A DNA stretch of 64,000 bases from Candidatus Iainarchaeum sp. (GTDB taxonomy: Archaea; Iainarchaeota; Iainarchaeia; Iainarchaeales; UBA10219). The notes beneath the pieces are model-generated. The model ran no database searches, was not told the origin of the DNA, and saw only the letters and a list, made by a program, of their open reading frames with translations. The stretch is from positions 219,189-283,188 of the forward strand of contig JAGVWE010000004.1 of the NCBI GenBank assembly GCA_018304425.1, given 5' to 3'. Made by a program: the position numbers and the translations under genes. Shown piece by piece: positions 54,501 through 61,464 of the stretch (position 1 is the stretch's first letter; each line of letters opens with the position of its first letter).

Positions 54501-57500
54501 GTGGACTTCAACCAGAACGCGTTCTCGTTGTCCGTGATGCAGCCATCGATTTTGCGCTCGCTGAGCTCCCGCATGGCCAGCGCCGCGCTCTGCACGATTT
54601 GCTTTTCGACCTTGGCCTTCGCGGCCTCCTCGCCGCCCTCGAAGTCCTTCACCAACGCGTTAATCGTCATCTTCTGGCCGGCCTCCGTGGAGCGAATCAG
54701 GTCGAGTTTGACGAGGTAGCCCTGCGTGTCCCCGGTGGCCAAGCGCACCCGGTTGAATTCCGGCTCGCCTTTCCGGACCCGCTTGTCCGAGTTGAACAGG
54801 GAGGACGCGAACTCCTTGGCCAGGCCCTCCATTTTGTCGTCCGCATAAGTCACCAGGCCGGGCCAGGCGTTCCGCGTGTTGTCCGCCGAGTAGCCCGCGT
54901 CCAGGGGCAGGAACGCCATCGCGTTCTGGATTTTGTTCTCGCATTGCTGGGTCAACTGCCGCACGTTTTCGCCTTCCTCCAATTCAGAGCGCAAATCCAG
55001 GTAAACATCCATGGCATCTGTAATCATTCTCCCGCCCTGCACCTTGACCGCGCCCGACAGCCGGGCCTTGTAGAGGCCGCAGCCCTCGAAGGCGTCGGAG
55101 AAGAAGAGCTGCTTGCCGTAGCCCGTGGCCAGGCTCTGCCGGTACTCGTCTTCCGTGGCCGGGAACTTGACGTTGTAGGCGTTCAACTCCGGGGCCTTCT
55201 TCGCGAAGCCGTCCTTCAACGCTTCCACGCTGAGCACGTCGTTCGCGAAATAGACTTCGAACTTGTCGGGCCGCAAGCCCAGGTTCTCGAACAGGCAATA
55301 GCCTTCGTTGAGGGCCGCGTTGTCCGCATAGCAACCCGTGTTCGCGACCTCGTTCTTGTAGTGCGCGGTAATCTGCTTCTGCGCGTCCCGCAGCTTTTCC
55401 TGGATGCGCTTGGCCAGGAACTGGCCCAACTGCTCGGCATCGCAGTAAGCCTTGTCGCAGTCCGCCTGCTTCGCGATTTTGGGGAAGGAAACCTTTTTCC
55501 GCTCGTTTTTGTCGCACACCGGGATTTCCTCGGGCTCGGTGGCGGCCTCGCCTTTGAGCGTGGCCGACTTGCCCAACTCCAGCTGCACGCTGATTGGCTG
55601 CGAGGAAACGAATTTGTTGCTGCGCACCAGCAACGCGCGCAAGTACACCGGCACCGGGCTCGACGTGAAGTAGGCCTCGTTCTTCTTGAGCGTCAAATTG
55701 ACCGTGGTCGAGGCCCCGGGGAAGAGCACCGTGTCCTTGACCGCCAAATCCAGTTCGTTGGCGCCAATCCGCTTGGGTTCCGCGCCCAAAACCCGGACCT
55801 CTTCCGCGCAACTGTTCTTGACGGTCAGGGCTTCCTGCAAGGCCCCTTCCGTGGCCCGCTTGGACTTGAACTCAATAAACGCGGGACTGACCACCAGGCA
55901 TTGCTTGGGCGAGATGTGCACCGTGACAATTATGGGGCCGAAGTCATGGGTTTTCCCGTTGATGATGCCCCGCATCCCGATCTCCTGGACGTCCAGGGGA
56001 GTGGTCTTCTCGGTCCGCTGCGCCCTCGCCACCACGTAATAGGGGGGCATGAGGCTCTGGCCCCGCCGCAGCACCTGCACCGGGAACTTGGGCTCAATCT
56101 CGATCTTGGCGTTCCCGGACTGGAACCTTCCCCCCACCGAGAAGCTGAGGTTCTGGATGTCCGCGTACCCCACGTTGGTCGCATAAATGGGCACCGTGAC
56201 CTTGGCCTCTCCCACGCCAGTATCCGACAGGTAAACGTCGATGTTCCTGGACACCTGCAAGGCAGAGTCCTTGTTCCACAACACGACTTCCAAGGGCAGG
56301 GACTTCGACAACAAGTCGCTCCTGAACCACACGTCGTAGAGGAACCGCTGCTTTTCCGCGTAATTCCGTTCCAGTTCGTTGACCACGCTGACGTTGATGG
56401 TCCGGGTGTCGGTCTGGCTTCCCGCCGGCCCCAGCAAGAGGTTTTCAACGGCCACGCGGATGCTCTGGTCAGGCACCCCCACCGGCACCACGGCTGACTG
56501 CAACTCGACTTCCGTGGCGCACTTGTTTTTCGCCGTAATCTGCACGGCCTGCGTGCTCGCCGGCTCGGTCAACAGGTAGGTCACGAGCCGCGCCGAACTG
56601 AATTCCACGCAGTTGGGGTCCAGCGGCCGGTTGTAGTCCAGCACCACCCGCGTCTGCGCTTCGACGCGGAACTTGCCAAAAATCCGTCCCCTGAAAATCA
56701 CGTCGGCTTCGCCGTGCGCGCGCTCGGCCTTGCCGCTGTACTCGCCTGCCACCGTCACCTTGCCACTGGCATTGGGTTCAATCGCGTTCGGCGGCGTAAC
56801 CCGCAGGTCCAGGTCCTCCGGGAAGTCCCCTATCTTCACGACTTCAACGGTGAGGTCCTGCACGCGGTCCGAAGAGGTATTCCGCAAGTCGAACCGCTCG
56901 TCCGCGTTCTTCTGCCCCTTGGGGATGTTGACTTCCACGGCTTGCGGCGCCGTTAACACCCCGTCCCGGCCTATTTCGACCACGCCTTCCAGGGGCTTAT
57001 AGTCGGCCGCGTTGGCCGTGAACCGCAGGGTTCCCGCGGGAAAAGCGTTCTTGACTAGGTACAAGCCGTTCAAGCCCTTGTTCACGGTGCCCGTGCCCTG
57101 GATGACCCGCAGGGGCGCGTTGCCTTCGCCGTAGAACGTCAGGACCGCCCGCTCAACAAAGGAACCGTCCCCGGCCTTCAACAAGACCGTGAAGTCCTGT
57201 CCGACCAGGACGCGGTCGGGCGAGACCGTGGCCGTCATGCCCTGGTCCTGGCTGACCTCGAAGTTGAAGTTCTGCGTCACCGCGCTCACGGCCGAAATCA
57301 ATTGCACGGTCAAGGCCGCCGAACCCTTTTCCACGGCCTTGAAGTAGAGCCGCACCTGGACCGGGCCGCCCGGCAAGACCTTCAAGTCCTTGGCCGTGAG
57401 GTCCGTGTCCGTCGAATCCTTATCCGGGAAGTCCGCGAACTGTTCCACGCCGTAACCCGTGAAGAAAATCTTGGGCGCGTTCCTCGAAGTCGCGCCCTTG

Positions 57501-60010
57501 ACCGTGACGCTGACTTCCCGTGCGGGCGCGACCTCGACTTCCAAGGCATACTTGTTCCCCACCACCGCGTGGAAGTTGCCGGCCTCGAACACGGTCCCGT
57601 CTTCGGCGAGGAACCGGTAGGTCGCGCAGAACTCGTCCTTGCAGGTGGGCCGGGCGTTGAACACCGGCACGTCGACGCGGTTGGTTTCCGCGTACAAGCC
57701 CGTGCGCTGGGCGGAGAACTCCAGGCCCTCCAACAACGGATCCCTGGGCAGCCTATAATAGGCCGAGCCAATCCGGGTCCAGGCCCGGTAATACAGGGGA
57801 TACGAGCTGCTGGCAGCGGTTTCCTTGGCTTTCAACCGCACCTTGTACACGCGTTCCGCCGCGCCTCCCTCGTGATACAATTCCAGCCACCGGTTGTATT
57901 CCCCGGGCAAGCCCCGGTTCCGCAAGTCAATGCCTTCGAAGCCGGGACTCGGCTGCGGCGTGTAACTGCGTCCATACGCGAACCTGGGAGCCAGGCCCGT
58001 GAAGCCAATGATGCCCGCATCGCTGGAGTCCGCGAACCTGATTTCGTCGGGCCCGAACCGGAAGTGCATGCCGCCCACGTATTTCCCGTCCGGCCACGCC
58101 GTCTTGAACACCGCGTAATAGTCCTGGCCCTTGACGATTCCCTCCACCTTGTTCCCGTTGGGGTCCTCGAAGCCCATGAACTGGACTTCGGGGGCCAGGC
58201 CCGTGACCTTCTGCTCGCCAATCGTGAGGCTCAAGGCATTCTTGCCTTCCACGAAGACCTCTTCCTCGAACAACGCGCCATCCCGGCCCGTGTAACTCAC
58301 TTTCACGGTCTTCAAGCCGCCGGGGTTGAAGTACACCGTGCCGCCCGTTACCGGGCCCGAGTAGAGGACGTTGCCGCTCGTGGACGACACCACGATGTTG
58401 CCCGCCGCCATCGGCTGGCCCTGCGCGTCCACCAAGGACAAGGCGAACACGCCTCGGTCGGTTTTCATGAAGATTTCAAGCCGGTTCTCGGCCCTCGCAT
58501 CCGTTGCCAGGGAGGCCTCGCCTTTCTCGTTTTCCTTGACGGCCGTGACCAACAGCGTTTTGCCGACGGGAACCACCGCCTTGGCGTAGCCCGTGATGTC
58601 GGTCCTCGTCTGGGAAACGCCTAACGGCAACTCGCCCCCCGCCACGGACTCGTAGAAGGTCAGCACCGCGTCGTTGGCGGCATCGCCCTTGGAGTCGGAG
58701 ACGAACACGCTCAGGGTAGTCGAGTTGTCAGGCGCGGCCCGCGCCAACGGAAGGGTGTACTCGGTTTGCTGTTGGGCGTTGACCTCGATTCGGGCCGGCA
58801 GATACCGTTCCGCGTTGGCCGTGACGTAGTACTTTTGCTGCGCGTCCAGGTTCCGGAAGTAAACGTCTCCACCGAACTGGGTCAAGCCCGAGTCCATGAA
58901 CTCGGCTTGCGCGTCATACAATTCCACGGCCGCGTTGGACAACACGAGGCTGCTGTCCTGCGCCGTGACCGTGACGTGAATGGATGCGCCGCCCTTGCGG
59001 AGCTCGACTTGCACGACCTCGCTGTCGTCCCGCAGGGTCTTGCTGATGAGTTCAACCGAGGAGTCGAAGGCAATGTAGCCCTCCGCGGATACCACGTACC
59101 GGATGCTCGTGCCCTTGGCTATCTTCGTGAAGTATTCCCCGTCCTCGTCCACGTCGTCCAGGATGAGCTCGCCGCTCTTGGCGTCATACACCTTGACCGA
59201 GACCTCGGGCACCAGGGTCTTCGAGTCCGCGTCGAACACCCTGAAAATCGCGTTGGACAAGCCGATGGTGGCGCTGGCCTTGGGCGGAACCTCCAGTTCC
59301 GAGGTCGAGCCCTCGGAGAACCGCAGGACGAACGCCTTTTCCTCGTAGTTGTCCGCGTAGACCTTCAATTCCACGTCCTCGCCTTCGGGAACGCCGAGGC
59401 AGGACACCAGGCCGTTGCCTTCGACTTCGCAGGAGATTTCCTCGCCCGTGGAAAGCCGTGCCACGACCTTCGCGTTCTTTATCTGGTCCTTGGTCTGCGA
59501 GTCAACCAGGGAGAGCCTTCCCAGGATGGTGCTGACTTCCTTCTGCAACTGCACGGCCACGCTGGCAGACTTCTCGTTGACCTTGACTTCGCCGGAACCC
59601 GACAGGTAACCTTCCTTGGCGCCCACGACTATCAGGGTCGCGCCAATCGGCACGCCCTTAACGGCAACCGTTTCCCCGTCGCGTAGCACGTCTTTTTCGA
59701 GGGCAAACCGTTTGCCGTCCTCGCCCTTGACCTGGACTTGCACGCCGCTGACCGGCTGGCTGAACTGGTCCACGAAATGAGTGGTCAATTGCACGTCATA
59801 GCTGGTGCCCACGAAGACCAGGCCCAGCACCAGGCCCAACACCACCAAGAACAAGGCGGTGAACACGGGGAAGGCGGGAATGCCGCGTTGTTCCAACGCG
59901 TCAATCAAGCCGTAGACCGGGAGCCCCTTGCCGTCCAGGAAGTCGGCGAAGCCAAAGAACCGCTCCTCCAAGGCCGAGTAAAAGCCGCCTAACATCTCCG
60001 ACAAACCCAT
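51599..60010 (-). CDS. Giant membrane-anchored surface protein, paralog 4 (2803 aa), with possible C-terminal lysozyme-like domain
   Basis: Same N-terminal motif and repeats, the YCDAEQ...LPLD module, two hydrophobic segments flanking a ~435-aa helical insert, and a C-terminal AAKAGVPEALL...WQTDLG. Confidence 0.9.
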   Translation of the reverse strand: MGLSEMLGGFYSALEERFFGFADFLDGKGLPVYGLIDALEQRGIPAFPVFTALFLVVLGLVLGLVFVGTSYDVQLTTHFVDQFSQPVSGVQVQVKGEDGKRFALEKDVLRDGETVAVKGVPIGATLIVVGAKEGYLSGSGEVKVNEKSASVAVQLQKEVSTILGRLSLVDSQTKDQIKNAKVVARLSTGEEISCEVEGNGLVSCLGVPEGEDVELKVYADNYEEKAFVLRFSEGSTSELEVPPKASATIGLSNAIFRVFDADSKTLVPEVSVKVYDAKSGELILDDVDEDGEYFTKIAKGTSIRYVVSAEGYIAFDSSVELISKTLRDDSEVVQVELRKGGASIHVTVTAQDSSLVLSNAAVELYDAQAEFMDSGLTQFGGDVYFRNLDAQQKYYVTANAERYLPARIEVNAQQQTEYTLPLARAAPDNSTTLSVFVSDSKGDAANDAVLTFYESVAGGELPLGVSQTRTDITGYAKAVVPVGKTLLVTAVKENEKGEASLATDARAENRLEIFMKTDRGVFALSLVDAQGQPMAAGNIVVSSTSGNVLYSGPVTGGTVYFNPGGLKTVKVSYTGRDGALFEEEVFVEGKNALSLTIGEQKVTGLAPEVQFMGFEDPNGNKVEGIVKGQDYYAVFKTAWPDGKYVGGMHFRFGPDEIRFADSSDAGIIGFTGLAPRFAYGRSYTPQPSPGFEGIDLRNRGLPGEYNRWLELYHEGGAAERVYKVRLKAKETAASSSYPLYYRAWTRIGSAYYRLPRDPLLEGLEFSAQRTGLYAETNRVDVPVFNARPTCKDEFCATYRFLAEDGTVFEAGNFHAVVGNKYALEVEVAPAREVSVTVKGATSRNAPKIFFTGYGVEQFADFPDKDSTDTDLTAKDLKVLPGGPVQVRLYFKAVEKGSAALTVQLISAVSAVTQNFNFEVSQDQGMTATVSPDRVLVGQDFTVLLKAGDGSFVERAVLTFYGEGNAPLRVIQGTGTVNKGLNGLYLVKNAFPAGTLRFTANAADYKPLEGVVEIGRDGVLTAPQAVEVNIPKGQKNADERFDLRNTSSDRVQDLTVEVVKIGDFPEDLDLRVTPPNAIEPNASGKVTVAGEYSGKAERAHGEADVIFRGRIFGKFRVEAQTRVVLDYNRPLDPNCVEFSSARLVTYLLTEPASTQAVQITAKNKCATEVELQSAVVPVGVPDQSIRVAVENLLLGPAGSQTDTRTINVSVVNELERNYAEKQRFLYDVWFRSDLLSKSLPLEVVLWNKDSALQVSRNIDVYLSDTGVGEAKVTVPIYATNVGYADIQNLSFSVGGRFQSGNAKIEIEPKFPVQVLRRGQSLMPPYYVVARAQRTEKTTPLDVQEIGMRGIINGKTHDFGPIIVTVHISPKQCLVVSPAFIEFKSKRATEGALQEALTVKNSCAEEVRVLGAEPKRIGANELDLAVKDTVLFPGASTTVNLTLKKNEAYFTSSPVPVYLRALLVRSNKFVSSQPISVQLELGKSATLKGEAATEPEEIPVCDKNERKKVSFPKIAKQADCDKAYCDAEQLGQFLAKRIQEKLRDAQKQITAHYKNEVANTGCYADNAALNEGYCLFENLGLRPDKFEVYFANDVLSVEALKDGFAKKAPELNAYNVKFPATEDEYRQSLATGYGKQLFFSDAFEGCGLYKARLSGAVKVQGGRMITDAMDVYLDLRSELEEGENVRQLTQQCENKIQNAMAFLPLDAGYSADNTRNAWPGLVTYADDKMEGLAKEFASSLFNSDKRVRKGEPEFNRVRLATGDTQGYLVKLDLIRSTEAGQKMTINALVKDFEGGEEAAKAKVEKQIVQSAALAMRELSERKIDGCITDNENAFWLKSTEKIGQLELNACPNPLTVSQNTACCDFNVFSDVSEPVKVSVKQETAFNGLKEFYVQAQVENREQRVYRGKPFEETRKEEVGAQAFSAMDLKEKDLKGRYYKNFQVCALGDAHAQMVQGKKLVLGAQSAVHAKKAAKDGTVSLQVCALHPYDFMDRIAKEPLADGETKELYATLGWKGGPDEITLSNLKNLEDAKARMDDATKILADAPAEGQTAYDKKFTLQKFGGLGVFLVGCGSAKFIAAAAGFPVGAFSFFWDCIVPVGVAGLDYAGVLGKVGTTISKAGSGVYSTAKRTVGLGSPETVTEKQVADFQAQAEQIASGKASGKDLEDFKSKTEDMLVTVGIGSSAGKVVIPAIPATIRRVTGTALEKAAAAGGGEAAVKEAVEEGAKLAGAEGAAKELVIPELKKPLTEKSAKKIFGQVSEELATAESNARWTAQLDSLDKTARKTFNREYAEELEKYLFDNYYTKGKQLTETELQEALLKARQEVAPVVLNRPAFRAGHFDTALRAEARKLITEADEAALKKLTSENVEAAFKSAILPDNINTKNMLRTFTPGRNVGGWNVTDFSPGGNAQIMQWSDELAPKIVDAIETKAGGGLIPTPGATPFRAAVRQEVEHALRDAVWTSNGSIAKNQLTAAVNARVADVVKAEKTVWSALAGVQTLSAKESVALGEKEEKIMKDILEEMRKTGVKGKGSGAIKKFFTDTILKASGKGALKLLGGVVSGLFAQFMGLLAWEAYWQFAAEPITPTESIVASATVKTPDGKVVTAEMPDEKFKRGETYKVTMKRVGDFVEKKISLVTDLAAVDQSKKLEDCTGKAFDKDVSKALHNLRPNAGLWGEKGKTEARYVKTYYEAIGHHSTEIAAKAGVPEALLIVLGIWQTDLGAKTNYEYITGCGKPDPKFKGLAESFDCAAGEVKSLLAACPGEEAQQFACVLQAYGKKYRAPAEPDLDELYDTYTRWNATRAT

Positions 60011-60123
60011 TACCTATTTCACCCGCTATAATTAATGGCTGACGAAGTAGTATATTAAAGTATTTAATAAACCCTTTGCCTGCCTGCTGCCTTGCTTTTG
60101 AGCCCCCAACGAATGCCCCGCTT

Positions 60124-61299
60124 TTAGTCCAGTTGCGCCGGGATTTCGTCCGCGGTTATCACGCTTATCTCGCATCCATTGAGGACCGTTTTCACTTTTT
60201 CACCTTCGTATGCCACGACCAGCGCTTTTTTGGGCTTGTATTTTTCGATGAACGAGCGGAGGCTTCTTTCGATTTTTCCGGCCGCAAACGTTTTGACTTC
60301 AATGGGGATGAGGCGTCCCTCTTTCTGCACGACGAAGTCGACTTCGGCCTTGCTCTTGCTTTTCCAGTAGTTTGGGGTGAAGCCGGCCTTCCGGATTTCG
60401 TTGAGCACGTAGTTTTCGAACATCTTTCCCTCGTTTTCGAGTTCGTTCGGGAAGGCATCCATGATCGCGTTTCTCATGCCAGTGTCGTTGAAGTAGAGCT
60501 TGGGTTGTTTGGCCAGCTCGAGGCCCTTGTTCGTGAAATAGGGCCTTACCCGCGTGATGAGGTAGCTTTTTTCGAGTGCATCCATGTATTTTTGGAGCGT
60601 GGGCGTGCTGATGCCGAGTTTTTTGGAGATGGCGCCATAGTTTATCTCCGTGCCGATGTTCGCGGCCAGGTATTTGGCGAGCCGTTCGAGTTTTTCCTGG
60701 TCGTTGATGCCGAATGCCATGAAAGTGTCCTTTAGAAGAGCCGTGGTGAAGAGGTTCTTCAGGAGGGTCTTCTTGGCTTCCGGCGATTCCGCCAGCACCA
60801 CCGCCGGGTAACCGCCGTACACCGCGTGCTCCCACACGTGCCGCCGAAGGATGTCGGCGACGAATGCTTTCTGGCCTTTCGCGGAGAGGAACTCGCCGAG
60901 GCTGAAGTTGGGAAGCGTGAGGATTCCGACCCGTCCCGTGAGGTGGGAAAGCACGCTTGCCTCCAAAAGCGCTTGCGAGGAGGCGCTCACCCAGAGCTTG
61001 TAACCCGCATCCGCCAGGTACTTCAGCTTGATTCCTGCTTCCTTCCCATATTGCACTTCGTCAATGATGGTTGGGCGGTCCTTGGCCAAGTACTGTTGCT
61101 CGAACCTTTTCACGTCGCCGTCGAACAGGGATTTGGCGCTTGGGTCGTCGAGGCTGACGTAAGACACGTCCCTCCCCTTGGCCATTTGCTCCCGGAGGAA
61201 AGTGGTTTTTCCGGCCTGCCGGGGGCCGATGACGGCCACTATCTTGTACAGCGCGTCCAACTGCCTGAAGCCAGGGCCTGCTTGCCTTTCAACCCACAT
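60124..61299 (-). CDS. AAA+ ATPase with C-terminal DUF4143/PD-(D/E)xK-like domain
   Basis: Walker A GPRQAGKTT, Walker B IIDEVQ, LTGR, GGYP, PKLYFNDTG, FEN.V, EVDFV...PIEVK. Confidence 0.92.
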   Translation of the reverse strand: MWVERQAGPGFRQLDALYKIVAVIGPRQAGKTTFLREQMAKGRDVSYVSLDDPSAKSLFDGDVKRFEQQYLAKDRPTIIDEVQYGKEAGIKLKYLADAGYKLWVSASSQALLEASVLSHLTGRVGILTLPNFSLGEFLSAKGQKAFVADILRRHVWEHAVYGGYPAVVLAESPEAKKTLLKNLFTTALLKDTFMAFGINDQEKLERLAKYLAANIGTEINYGAISKKLGISTPTLQKYMDALEKSYLITRVRPYFTNKGLELAKQPKLYFNDTGMRNAIMDAFPNELENEGKMFENYVLNEIRKAGFTPNYWKSKSKAEVDFVVQKEGRLIPIEVKTFAAGKIERSLRSFIEKYKPKKALVVAYEGEKVKTVLNGCEISVITADEIPAQLD

Positions 61300-61464
61300 C
61301 AACTACTACTAAACCCAAAGCATTATTTAAATTTAACCCTGCCGTTTTTAAAAAAGCCTGTTTTTCTCGCCTTTGGCTGGGGGTTGAATTCCACGGGCAT
61401 TTCCTTGACGCTTTGAGGTATCCGGCCGCATGGACTTAGAATGGGCCGTACCCCCTTCCAGCAA

